NCBI GenBank assembly: GCA_963724765.1
Contig: CAVRVY010000004.1
Location: 864,001-928,000, forward strand
Reading direction: 5' to 3'
Origin: an uncultured delta proteobacterium
Lineage (GTDB): Bacteria; Desulfobacterota; Binatia; Binatales; Binataceae
DNA: 64,000 bases
In this document: positions 9,723-19,379 of the stretch, one piece after another
Numbering within the stretch: the stretch's first letter is position 1
Layout of the letters: every line of letters starts with the position of its first letter
Translations under genes and position numbers: made by a program
The notes under the pieces: model-generated
What the model was told of the DNA's origin: nothing
Databases searched by the model: none
Seen by the model: only the letters and a program-made list of their open reading frames with translations

Positions 9723-12700
9723 ACCTGGCCGAGGGCTTCATCCGCCGCCCGGTGATGACGACGCTGATTTCGCTGGCGATCGTTTTCTTCGGCTTGATGG
9801 CCTACCGGATGCTGCCGGTAAGCGACCTGCCCAACGTCGACTTTCCCACCCTCGTGGTCAGCGCCACCTTGCCTGGCGCCAGCCCCGAGACGATCGCCTC
9901 GTCGATCGCAACGCCGCTGGAACGGCAGTTCTCGACCATCGCCGGCCTGGACCAGATGACTTCGACCAGTATTCAGGGCCAGACCAGCATCACGCTCGAG
10001 TTCGCGCTCGACCGCAACATCGACGCCGCCGCGCAGGACGTGCAGGCGGCAATCGCGGGGGCCCAGTCGCAGCTCCCGTTGGGGATGCCGAGCCCGCCCT
10101 CTTACGAGAAGGTCAACCCGGCCGACAAGCCGGTGCTCTACCTCGGGCTGAGCTCACCGACCCTGCCGCTCTCGCAGGTCGACGAGTACGCCGAGACTTA
10201 CCTCGCCGAGCGCATCTCGATGATCAGCGGCGTCGCGCAGGTCGCGGTGTACGGCTCGCAGAAGTACGCAGTGCGTATCCAGGTGGATCCGCAGGCGCTG
10301 GCCTATCGCGGCATCGGTATCGACGAGGTCGCGCAGGCGATCGAGAACGCCAACGTCAACCTACCCACCGGCACGCTCTACGGTTCGCATGAGGCCTTCA
10401 CCGTTCAGGCCAACGGGCAGCTCACTAACGCCGCCGCCTACCGGCCGATAATCGTGGCTTACAAGAACGGGGCGCCCGTGCGGCTGGAAGAAGTGGGGCG
10501 AGTGCTGGACGGCGTCGAGAACGACAAGGTGGCGGGATGGGTCGGCGACCAGCGCGCGGTGGTGCTCGCAATCCAGCGCCAGCCGGGCACCAACACGGTC
10601 GAGGTAGTGAACGCGATCAACAGGATCCTGCCGTCGTTCCGCACCGAGTTGCCGGCCTCGGTCAGCATTACGAATCTGTACTCGCGCGCGGATTCGATCC
10701 AGGCCTCGGTCGCCGACGTGCAGTTCACGCTGCTGTTGACCGTGTTCCTGGTGGTGATGGTGATTTTCCTGTTCCTGCGCAATATCTCCGCCACGGTCAT
10801 CCCGAGCGCCGCGCTGCCGATGTCGATCATCGCCACCTTCGCGGTGATGTGGGCGCTCGGCTACACGATCGACAACCTTTCGCTGCTCGCGATCACACTT
10901 TCGGTCGGCTTCGTGGTCGACGACGCGATCGTGATGCTCGAAAACATCGTGCGCCACATGGAGATGGGCAAGAGCGTGATGGAGGCGGCGCTCGACGGCT
11001 CGCGCGAGATCGCGTTCACGATTCTTTCGATGACCTTCTCGTTGGCCGCGGTTTTCATCCCGGTCCTCTTCCTCGGCGGGATCATGGGCCGCCTGCTGCA
11101 CGAGTTCGCCGTCACCATCGCCGCCTCCATCCTGGTCTCGGGCTTCGTCTCGCTGAGCCTCACCCCGATGCTCTGCAGCCGCTTCCTGCGCCCGCCCGGG
11201 GCCGAGCGCCACGGCCGCCTCTACCTGGCAACCGAGCGCGGGTTCGACCGGATGCTCGAGGGCTATCGCCGCAGCCTGTCCGCCGTGATGAATCATCGGC
11301 GCGCGACGCTCGCGGTAGCGCTGGGATTGCTGCTGGCGACTTTCTACCTGATCGCGGTCATCCCCAAGGGCTTCCTGCCCAGCGAAGACCAGGACCAGGT
11401 GCTGATGTTCACCAAGGCGGCGCAGGGGATTTCGTACGACTCGATGGTCAGGCACCAGGAGGCGATCGCCGATATCATCCGGCGCGATCCCAACGTCACG
11501 ACTTATTTCTCCAGCGCCGGCGCAACCGGTTTCAGCGGCAGCGGCAACACCGGCATCCTGTTCGCGCGCCTGAAGCCGCGCAGCGAGCGCAAGCTGAACG
11601 TCGACCAGATAATGGCTGAGCTGCGGCCCAAGCTGGCCGCCGTGCCCGGCATCATAGCCTTTTTGCAGAACCCGCCGCCGATCCAGATCGGGGCCAAGTT
11701 CACCGAGGCCACCTACCAGCTCGCGCTGCAGAGCCCCAATAGCGACGAGCTATACAAGTACGCGCAGATCCTGGAGCACAAGATGCGCGGGATGCGCGAG
11801 CTGACCGACGTCACTAGCGACCTGCAAATCTCCAACCCGCAAGTCAACGTGGTGATCGACCGCGACAAGGCGCATTCGCTCGGCATCTCGGCCCAATCGA
11901 TCGAGGACGCACTCGACAGCGCCTACGGCCAGCGCCAGATCTCGACCATCTACGCGCCCAACAACGAATATCACGTGATCCTGGAAGTCGAGCCGCAGTA
12001 CCAGGCCAACCCGGCGACGCTCGCGCTGCTCTACGTGCGCGCGCAGAGCGGGCAACTGGTCCCGCTCGACACCGTCGCGCGCCTTCAACCCACGCTGGGG
12101 CCGCTCGAGATCAACCACTCTGGACAGCTCACCGCGGTCACCATCTCGTTCAACGTCGCGCCCGGGGTCTCGCTCGGCAAGGCGCTCGACGATGTGAAAC
12201 TGCTCTCCAACGACACCGTGCCGGCCAGCGTCAGCACCGCCTTCCAGGGCACCGCCGAGGAATTCCAGTCCTCGATGCGCAATCTCGGAATCCTGCTCGT
12301 GATGGCGATCCTGGTCATCTACATCGTGTTGGGCGTGCTCTACGAAAGCTTCATCCATCCGGTGACGATTCTCTCGGGATTGCCGGCGGCCGGCTTCGGC
12401 GCGCTGCTCACGCTGATGATCTTTCACATGGAGCTCGATCTGTTGGCCTTCGTCGGCATCATCATGCTGGTCGGCCTGGTCAAGAAAAACGCCATCATGA
12501 TGATCGACTTCGCGCTCGACGCCCAGCGCACCGAGGGCAAGAGCGCGGCCGAGGCGATCTTCGAGGGCAGCATCATTCGCTTCCGGCCGATCATGATGAC
12601 CACGATGGCGGCGCTGATGGGCACGCTGCCGATCGCGCTCGGGATGGGCGCGGGCGCCGACTCGCGCCGCCCGTTGGGCGTGGCGGTCGTGGGCGGGCTG

Positions 12701-12883
12701 TTCTTCTCGCAGCTCCTCACCTTGTACATCACGCCCGTCATTTACACGTATATGGAGTCCTTCCACGATTGGATAACCGGACGGCGCAGCCACCAGGCGG
12801 CTCCGGTTGAAGCGGGGCCTCATCTGCTGGGCGGCGGCAAGCGGGCCGAACGAGAACCTCCGCGCCGCCGCGCCGCGTCGTAG
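9719..12883 (+). CDS. RND efflux permease (MdtB/MdtC-like)
   Basis: 1054 aa, VGFVVDDAIVMLENI, RFRPIMMTT; no outer-membrane factor adjacent. Confidence 0.93.
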   Translation: MNLAEGFIRRPVMTTLISLAIVFFGLMAYRMLPVSDLPNVDFPTLVVSATLPGASPETIASSIATPLERQFSTIAGLDQMTSTSIQGQTSITLEFALDRNIDAAAQDVQAAIAGAQSQLPLGMPSPPSYEKVNPADKPVLYLGLSSPTLPLSQVDEYAETYLAERISMISGVAQVAVYGSQKYAVRIQVDPQALAYRGIGIDEVAQAIENANVNLPTGTLYGSHEAFTVQANGQLTNAAAYRPIIVAYKNGAPVRLEEVGRVLDGVENDKVAGWVGDQRAVVLAIQRQPGTNTVEVVNAINRILPSFRTELPASVSITNLYSRADSIQASVADVQFTLLLTVFLVVMVIFLFLRNISATVIPSAALPMSIIATFAVMWALGYTIDNLSLLAITLSVGFVVDDAIVMLENIVRHMEMGKSVMEAALDGSREIAFTILSMTFSLAAVFIPVLFLGGIMGRLLHEFAVTIAASILVSGFVSLSLTPMLCSRFLRPPGAERHGRLYLATERGFDRMLEGYRRSLSAVMNHRRATLAVALGLLLATFYLIAVIPKGFLPSEDQDQVLMFTKAAQGISYDSMVRHQEAIADIIRRDPNVTTYFSSAGATGFSGSGNTGILFARLKPRSERKLNVDQIMAELRPKLAAVPGIIAFLQNPPPIQIGAKFTEATYQLALQSPNSDELYKYAQILEHKMRGMRELTDVTSDLQISNPQVNVVIDRDKAHSLGISAQSIEDALDSAYGQRQISTIYAPNNEYHVILEVEPQYQANPATLALLYVRAQSGQLVPLDTVARLQPTLGPLEINHSGQLTAVTISFNVAPGVSLGKALDDVKLLSNDTVPASVSTAFQGTAEEFQSSMRNLGILLVMAILVIYIVLGVLYESFIHPVTILSGLPAAGFGALLTLMIFHMELDLLAFVGIIMLVGLVKKNAIMMIDFALDAQRTEGKSAAEAIFEGSIIRFRPIMMTTMAALMGTLPIALGMGAGADSRRPLGVAVVGGLFFSQLLTLYITPVIYTYMESFHDWITGRRSHQAAPVEAGPHLLGGGKRAEREPPRRRAAS

Positions 12884-12917
12884 CATCCGCCGGAGCGCCT
12901 GTGGCCTCTTTCCCCGG

Positions 12918-12958
12918 CGGCGCTCTTTATTTCCTGCGCGCAAGTGCGCGATAAATAA
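12918..12958 (+). repeat. Promoter-region direct repeat, copy 1 (copy 2 at 15356-15395)
   Basis: CGGCGCTCTTT...CTG.GCGCAAGTGCGCGATAAATAA; final 21 nt identical in both copies, each about 35-40 nt upstream of a start codon. Confidence 0.85.
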
Positions 12959-12997
12959 AGGTGGAGCGCAAACGACTTCCGTCAAACGGAGGACCCG

Positions 12998-13540
12998 ATG
13001 GCACGGCTCAGTTCGATCCCATTTGAAAAAGTCGATCCGGAGCTGCAGGCGGTCATGCGCGAGTATGACGTAGAACTCGGCGGTTCCGGATTTGTCCAGG
13101 TCCTGGCCCACGCACCGGAGGTCTTCAAAGACTTCATCAAATTTTACTTTCCTTTGGTCAGCACCACGCGTGGATCGGTCAACATGAAGTTGACGGAACT
13201 CGCCCGCCTCAAGGTTGCGGAAAAGAATGAGTGCGGCTTGTGAATGGGCGCCAGGTTTGCCTTGGCAAGGCAACAAGGACTGACCGAAGAACTGGTCGCT
13301 GAACTACCTCATTTTGAAAGCAGCCGAAAACTGACAGGCCAGGAAAAAGCGGCGATTCGCTTCGCCGAGATACTTGCGGGCGATCATCGGCAGGCCTCGC
13401 AGCAAACCTTCGATGTCTTGCGCGAGCATTTTACCGAAAGCGAGATCGTCGACCTCGGCTTCAGGATAGTGACCTTCGTCGGCTACGGCCGCTTGATTCA
13501 CGCCCTGGGTCTGGAGATCGGAAAGACCTGCCCGCTGTGA
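12998..13540 (+). CDS. Carboxymuconolactone decarboxylase / AhpD-like protein, probable selenoprotein (Sec at TGA 13241-13243)
   Basis: Two in-frame ORFs (12998-13243, 13244-13540) join into one CMD fold: ELARLKVAEKNEC-G-L-[TGA]-MGAR...EKAAIRFAE...LREHFTESEIVDL; TGA sits at the second Cys position of CxxC; GGAGG RBS before 12998. Confidence 0.82.
13255..13274 (+). promoter_or_regulatory. Candidate bacterial SECIS hairpin
   Basis: Perfect 7-bp stem TTGCCTT(13257-63)/AAGGCAA(13267-73), loop GGC starting with G, 20 nt after the TGA. Confidence 0.6.
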
Positions 13541-13642
13541 GCAAACACAGCAAGCTTGATCCGAGTCCCGCGGCCTACAGCGCCTCCCGCGCTCCGCGCG
13601 GAAACTGTTTCGTCGGGAGGTTCAAAACAACCCGAGCGAAGA

Positions 13643-15082
13643 TTATCGATGAAGCTCCTCTAGTTTGCTGATATCGTACAAATTCAAGACCTCCTGTGCA
13701 GTCGGGACGGGAAATCCGACTCCATAACCGATGATGATCGTACCGCGGCTGTTCTGGAGGTCCATCACGGGTACGCCCGTGAAAGTCGTGGAATGGGCGC
13801 CCTGGTTCATCTCGGACCATTCGTTCGTATAGGTCTCGCTCCACTTCTTAGGATATTCCCAGATTTTCCACAATTTTCCGCCACGATCGAAGGCTACCTC
13901 GAACCAACTATCCCAGTTTTCCGAATCCCAGAAATTGAGCACGGCGCTATAGGGCGCGCGTGGGTCGATTGGCGTGCGTTCAATCACCGCGAATTTGCGC
14001 ATTGACCAACCCGGATCGTTCACGATGAGACCGTTCGTCCCGTAGCAGTGCAGGTAGAGCTTCTGCTGATCCATCAGCCCCAGAACCTCTTTCCAGCCGA
14101 GGAATTTCCACTTCCAGTCGAGCTCGCGGTCGGCGAACCCGTAAAAGTCGGCGATAGTATGATCGGTACCCATCATCGAATCAGACTTAACCTCGGCGGA
14201 AATGCGGCGCACGCGACGGAGCTGCGGAATATAGGCCCAGCCGTCGTCGGGACGATGAGGGTCGCTGTAGCGATAGACTATGAAAACCGTCCCACGAATA
14301 TCGAACGGCGCCTGAAACCCGGTAAACTCTTTGAACTCAAACAGTTTGGCGTCTGGCACTGGCAGTAGACCGCCATTCTTTTGCTCTTGTGCCAAGTGAC
14401 TGAAATAGACGCGGCGGTAATATGCTCCCAGGTTTCGCTGAAAGGAGCCTCCACCACCATATTCCTCGCTGATGTTAGGCGGAAAACGGGTTTTGATATT
14501 GAAGCCGGCAAGCCATTCCGAGGGCACTTCAGGAACTATCGACGGCTGCTCGCCGCTATGTTCGCCACCGAAACGAACCCAAGTCAGATTCCAGCTCACG
14601 CCGATGAGGCCAAAATTCTGCCAGCGATACTCGAAATTCCAGGCAGCCTTTAATCCTGAATCGGAATCTTCGGTACTCAGAGAGGCGTCGGAAAAGGGCT
14701 GTCCGCATACGTAGTTGGCCATGGTGCCATCTGGATTGAGCCTCACCTGGCTCTGATACTTCTCGGTGCACTCCATGTAGTCTTTACGCGGCTGGTGGCT
14801 TTGGACCCGTTGAACAGCCAGCTTGAACTCTGGAAAGTCAAGCTGCTCGATGAACCCCGGAATTATGAAGGGCCGCAGCTTGTCCGTGTCTTTCGAAGTC
14901 AGCACGTCGCCCGGCTTGAAAGCCGGTTTGGCATCTTGGTACTGATGCAGCCACTTGAGATAGGTGTCGAGAGTAAAAGTCTGAATGGCCTGCGCACTGG
15001 CGGGTGGTGCTTTAAGCGCAACGGTCAATAGCAAAAGGAGGAACCAAAACGATCGCACTCTTCGCAATTTCCTACTCTGCAT
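13643..15082 (-). CDS. DUF1329 family exported protein
   Basis: Signal peptide, G.PF...KAAWN, WAYIPQLRRVRRIS, FDRGGKLWK motifs; AAGGAG RBS before ATG 15082; visibly more AT-rich than flanks. Confidence 0.85.
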   Translation of the reverse strand: MQSRKLRRVRSFWFLLLLLTVALKAPPASAQAIQTFTLDTYLKWLHQYQDAKPAFKPGDVLTSKDTDKLRPFIIPGFIEQLDFPEFKLAVQRVQSHQPRKDYMECTEKYQSQVRLNPDGTMANYVCGQPFSDASLSTEDSDSGLKAAWNFEYRWQNFGLIGVSWNLTWVRFGGEHSGEQPSIVPEVPSEWLAGFNIKTRFPPNISEEYGGGGSFQRNLGAYYRRVYFSHLAQEQKNGGLLPVPDAKLFEFKEFTGFQAPFDIRGTVFIVYRYSDPHRPDDGWAYIPQLRRVRRISAEVKSDSMMGTDHTIADFYGFADRELDWKWKFLGWKEVLGLMDQQKLYLHCYGTNGLIVNDPGWSMRKFAVIERTPIDPRAPYSAVLNFWDSENWDSWFEVAFDRGGKLWKIWEYPKKWSETYTNEWSEMNQGAHSTTFTGVPVMDLQNSRGTIIIGYGVGFPVPTAQEVLNLYDISKLEELHR

Positions 15083-15272
15083 AGTCCCACTCCTTGTCGG
15101 CCAAAGGTGGACGTAACACGCTCGCTGGCGCGATGCTGTCGCATGGTAGGGAGGAAAGGAATTTCCTGGATCGGCACTTCGCGTAATCCTTCGAGAGGGG
15201 TTCCCTCCCCCGAATAGAGCACCGAGCACCTGTAACAGCCGCATATCACAGTCAACCTGAGCCGTCAAACCG

Positions 15273-15335
15273 CTTGCACGAGCCTTTTACCGAACCCGAG
15301 ATCGTCGGAGATCAGAAAGACCTGCCCGCTGTGAG
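15273..15335 (+). pseudogene. Decayed copy of the 3' part of the CMD/AhpD gene
   Basis: 15273-15307 matches 13417-13451 (31/35); 15307-15335 matches 13513-13541 (28/29); the roughly 60 nt in between are deleted. Confidence 0.85.
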
Positions 15336-15355
15336 ATGACTCGGGGCATCTCCGA

Positions 15356-15395
15356 CGGCGCTCTTTTTTGCTGAGCGCAAGTGCGCGATAAATAA
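15356..15395 (+). repeat. Promoter-region direct repeat, copy 2
   Basis: Near-identical to 12918-12958. Confidence 0.85.
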
Positions 15396-15430
15396 GCGCG
15401 GCTAAGAACTCGCGGCGGGAGGTCCTTGCC

Positions 15431-16876
15431 ATGGCGGTTCCGATATACCGGCTCTTCATAGACGGCCAAGCGGTCGATACCCCCGACCATTACGAATTGC
15501 GCTATCCGTTCAACGGCGAACTGGTCGGCATGGTCGCGCGAGCCGGCGAGCATGAGATCGACGCGGCGATCGCGGGCGCGGCGCGCGCCTATGAGGAGAC
15601 CCGCCGCTTGGGGCGGGCGCGGCGCGCCGAAATTCTGAGCGCGCTGAGCCGCGGCGTGGCCGAGCGGCGCAGCGACTTCGAACGCGCCATCACGCTCGGC
15701 ACCGGCAAACCGATCGACTACGCGCGCGCCGAGGTCGGCCGCACCGTGGGCGTCCTCGCGCTCGCTGCCGAGGAGATCAAGCGCTTCGGGCAGAGCGCCG
15801 AACCGATCGATTTCGAGGCCGCGCACTCGGGCTCGGTCGGAATCGTCGAACGCTTCCCCATCGGCCCCATCTCCGCGATCGCGCCGTTCAATTTTCCGCT
15901 CAACCTGGTCACGCACAAGGTCGCCCCTGCCATCGCCACCGGCAACACGATGGTCGTCAAGCCGCCGCCGCAATGTCCCGGGCCCGCCCTGATGCTGGCC
16001 GAGCTGGCCACCGACGCGGGGCTGCCCAAGGGCGCGCTCAACGTCATCTCCGCCGATCCGCCGGTCGCCGAACGCCTCGCCGTTGACGAACGGATCAAGA
16101 TGGTGAGCTTCACCGGCAGCGCGAAGGTCGGATGGGCGCTGCGGGCGATGGCCGGGAGCAAGCGCGTAGCGCTGGAACTCGGCGGCAACGGCGGCCTTAT
16201 CGTCGACGACGGCGCCGACCTCGAATACGCCGCGACGCGTACGGCGCGCGGCGCGTTCGTGCACGCCGGCCAGGTCTGCCTCTCGGTCCAGCGCATCTTC
16301 GTCCATCGCAATGTCTACTTCGCATTCCTGAAGCACCTGGTCGACGCGACCGAGCGGCTCGGCGTGGGCGATCCGATGGACGAGCGCACGGTGGTCGGGC
16401 CGCTGATTTCGAGCGCGGCGGCCGACCGCGTAACGGAATGGATCGGCGAGGCCAAGGCGGCCGGCGCCGGGATTCTCACCGGCGATCGGCGCACGGGCAA
16501 CGTGGTGGCGCCGACACTGGTCGAGCTTTCCGAACCGAAGCTCCATCGCCTGCGCGTATGGTGCGAGGAGATTTTCGGACCGGTCGCAACCGTCGAACCG
16601 ATCAACTCGTTCGCCGAAGGAGTCGCGGCGACCAACGATTCACCCTACGGCCTGCAGTCCGGCGTCTTCACCACCAATCTCGAACACGCCTTCATGGCGT
16701 TTCGCGAGATCGAGGCGGGCGCGGTGATCGTCGGCGACACCGGCGTGTTCCGCGTCGACACCTATCCGTTCGGCGGCGTGAAGGGCTCGGGGCTGGGGCG
16801 TGAGGGCGTGCGCTGGGCGATGGAATCGATGACCGAGCCGCGGATGCTGGTGCTGAGCCTGCGCGGCCACGCCTGA
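15431..16876 (+). CDS. Aldehyde dehydrogenase family protein
   Basis: PFNFP, SFTGS, LELGGN, GQVCLS, EEIFGP, PFGGVKGSGLGREG. Confidence 0.94.
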   Translation: MAVPIYRLFIDGQAVDTPDHYELRYPFNGELVGMVARAGEHEIDAAIAGAARAYEETRRLGRARRAEILSALSRGVAERRSDFERAITLGTGKPIDYARAEVGRTVGVLALAAEEIKRFGQSAEPIDFEAAHSGSVGIVERFPIGPISAIAPFNFPLNLVTHKVAPAIATGNTMVVKPPPQCPGPALMLAELATDAGLPKGALNVISADPPVAERLAVDERIKMVSFTGSAKVGWALRAMAGSKRVALELGGNGGLIVDDGADLEYAATRTARGAFVHAGQVCLSVQRIFVHRNVYFAFLKHLVDATERLGVGDPMDERTVVGPLISSAAADRVTEWIGEAKAAGAGILTGDRRTGNVVAPTLVELSEPKLHRLRVWCEEIFGPVATVEPINSFAEGVAATNDSPYGLQSGVFTTNLEHAFMAFREIEAGAVIVGDTGVFRVDTYPFGGVKGSGLGREGVRWAMESMTEPRMLVLSLRGHA

Positions 16877-16959
16877 AGCGTCGGCGCGGCGGCGGCATCC
16901 ATTTTGCGCCGGCGGTTGAATCTGTGCGAAGATTTCTCCGCATCGGCTAGCGAGGAATC

Positions 16960-18153
16960 ATGGATTTCAAGTTCAGCGCAGAGGACGAGGCTTTCCGCGT
17001 GGAGCTGAGGAGTTGGCTCGAGGCCAACCTGCCCCGCCGCGAACGTAGCGAGGACGTCGAAGATTCTTTCTCCGAAGGGAACGCGAGCCACTGGCAGCGG
17101 CGTCTGGCGTGGCACAAGAAGATGCACAGCGGCGGATGGGTCGGCATCAGCTGGCCCAAAGAATACGGCGGCCGCGGCGCCACGCTCACCCAGCAGCTGG
17201 TCTACGGCGAGGAGATGAGCCGCGCGCACGCGCCCGCACTGGTCAACCAGCTCGGGACGATGCTGGTCGGGCCGACTCTCATCCAGTGGGGCACCGAGGA
17301 ACAGAAAAAGCGCTACGTGCCGAAAATTCTCTCGGCCGACGAGATCTGGTGCCAGGGTTACTCCGAACCCAACTCCGGGTCCGACGTCGCTTCGCTGCAG
17401 ACCCGCGCGGTCGAGGACGGCGACTACTTCGTCGTCAATGGCCAGAAAGTCTGGACCTCCGACGCGCATCACGCCGACATGTGCATCCTGCTCGTGCGCA
17501 CCGATCCCGACGCGCCCAAGCACAAGGGCATCAGCTATGTCCTGGTCGACATGCACAGCCCCGGCATCACGGTGCGCCCGCTGACCCAAATAACCGGCGA
17601 GCGCGGCTTCAACGAGGTCTTCTTCGAGGACGTGCGAGTACCGAAGAAAAATATCGTGGGCGAGAAGAACCACGGATGGCAGGTCGCGATCACCACGCTG
17701 ATGTTCGAGCGCACCGGCGTCGGCGATCCCAACATGAACACCAACCAGGTACTGGAGCTCGCGCGTCTCGCGCAATCAATCCCGCGCAGCGGCGCGAGTG
17801 CATGGGACGACACCAGCGTGCGTCAGCGGATCGCGCAGTTCGCGGCCGAGGCCGCCGCGCTCAAGTACACCGGCTATCGCCAGATCACGCGCCGGCTCAA
17901 AGGATGGCCGCCGGGGCCTGAAGGCTCGGTGATGAAGCTCGGCTCCAGCGAGCTTCATCTCCGGATGGCCAAGTTCGCGATGGAACTGCTGGGGCCGTAC
18001 AGCCAGTTCGAGCACAAGGCGCCGTTTGCGCTCGGCCGCGGCGTATGGAGCTACCGGATGCTCGGGGCGCGCGCCTACACGATCGCGGGCGGTACGAGCG
18101 AGATTCAACACAACATCATCGGCGAGCGCGTGCTCGGCCTGCCCAAGGGCTGA
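16960..18153 (+). CDS. Acyl-CoA dehydrogenase family protein
   Basis: WCQGYSEPNSGSD, NGQKVWTS, IAGGTSEIQ; GAGGA RBS. Confidence 0.93.
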   Translation: MDFKFSAEDEAFRVELRSWLEANLPRRERSEDVEDSFSEGNASHWQRRLAWHKKMHSGGWVGISWPKEYGGRGATLTQQLVYGEEMSRAHAPALVNQLGTMLVGPTLIQWGTEEQKKRYVPKILSADEIWCQGYSEPNSGSDVASLQTRAVEDGDYFVVNGQKVWTSDAHHADMCILLVRTDPDAPKHKGISYVLVDMHSPGITVRPLTQITGERGFNEVFFEDVRVPKKNIVGEKNHGWQVAITTLMFERTGVGDPNMNTNQVLELARLAQSIPRSGASAWDDTSVRQRIAQFAAEAAALKYTGYRQITRRLKGWPPGPEGSVMKLGSSELHLRMAKFAMELLGPYSQFEHKAPFALGRGVWSYRMLGARAYTIAGGTSEIQHNIIGERVLGLPKG

Positions 18154-18185
18154 GCGCGAAACCGCTCGCGAGAAACGGGAGCGCA

Positions 18186-19370
18186 ATGGATTTCAAGCTG
18201 AGCGCGGAGGACGAGGCGTTTCGTCAGGAACTCCGGTCGTGGCTCGACGCGAATCTGCCCGAGAGCGAGCGGCGCAATCGCTTCTCGCTGGAATTCATGC
18301 ACAGCGAAGCGGGCGAGGAGTGGACGCGGCGGGTGGCGTGGCACAACAAGATGCACGCTGCGGGATGGATCGCGGTGCATTGGCCCAAAGAGTGCGGCGG
18401 GCGCGGCGCGACGCTGACGCAACAGATGATCTACCAGGAGGAACTCGAACACGCGCGCGGGCCGGTGCTGGTCAATGGCCAGGGTATCGGATTAGTCGGG
18501 CCGACGCTGATGCTCTGGGGCACCGAGGAGCAGCGCCGGCGCTACATGCCGCCGATGCTCGCGGCGGAGGAGATCTGGTGCCAGGGCTATTCGGAACCCG
18601 GCTCGGGATCCGACCTCGCTTCGCTGCAGACGTGCGCGGCCGAGGACGGCGACTACTTCGTCATCAACGGGCAGAAGGTCTGGACCTCCGACGCGCATCA
18701 CTCCGACATGTGCTTTCTGCTGGTGCGCACCGACCCCGACGCGCCCAAGCACAAGGGCATCAGCTACGTCCTGGTCGACATGCACAGCCCCGGCATCACG
18801 GTGCGCCCGCTAACCCAGATGACTCGCGACACCGGTTTCAACGAAGTCTTCTTCGAGGACGTGCGGGTGCCGAAGAAGAACGTGGTCGGCGAAAAGAACA
18901 ACGGATGGCTGGTCGCGCTGACCTCGCTGATGTACGAGCGGCGCTATCGCGGACTGGATAACAATATCGGCGAGCTGGTCGATCTGGCCAAGACGGTGCG
19001 GCGCAATGGCCGCGTCGCGTGGGAAGACGACGACGTTCGCCAGCAGATTGCGCAATTCGCCTGCGAGGTCAGCGCGCTTCGGTTGCTCAACCTGCGCCAG
19101 CTCACACGCCAGCTCAAGGGATTGCCGCCGGGGCCGGAAAGCTCGATCGTCAAGGTCGTGACCACCGAGATAAATCTAGGAATCAACAAGTTCGCCACCG
19201 AACTGCTCGGCGCTTATAGCCAGATCGAACTCGACGCGCCGTTCGCGATCGCCGAGGGGCGATGGCTCTACCGGATGCTGGCGTCGCGCGGGCTGACGAT
19301 CGCGGCCGGACCGAGCGAGATTCAGCGCAACATCATCGGCGAGCGCGTGTTGGGATTGCCCAAGGGCTAG
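18186..19370 (+). CDS. Acyl-CoA dehydrogenase family protein (tandem paralog)
   Basis: MDFKLSAEDEAFR start equivalent to paralogs, GGGAG RBS, same motifs. Confidence 0.93.
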   Translation: MDFKLSAEDEAFRQELRSWLDANLPESERRNRFSLEFMHSEAGEEWTRRVAWHNKMHAAGWIAVHWPKECGGRGATLTQQMIYQEELEHARGPVLVNGQGIGLVGPTLMLWGTEEQRRRYMPPMLAAEEIWCQGYSEPGSGSDLASLQTCAAEDGDYFVINGQKVWTSDAHHSDMCFLLVRTDPDAPKHKGISYVLVDMHSPGITVRPLTQMTRDTGFNEVFFEDVRVPKKNVVGEKNNGWLVALTSLMYERRYRGLDNNIGELVDLAKTVRRNGRVAWEDDDVRQQIAQFACEVSALRLLNLRQLTRQLKGLPPGPESSIVKVVTTEINLGINKFATELLGAYSQIELDAPFAIAEGRWLYRMLASRGLTIAAGPSEIQRNIIGERVLGLPKG

Positions 19371-19379
19371 AGATTTTTC

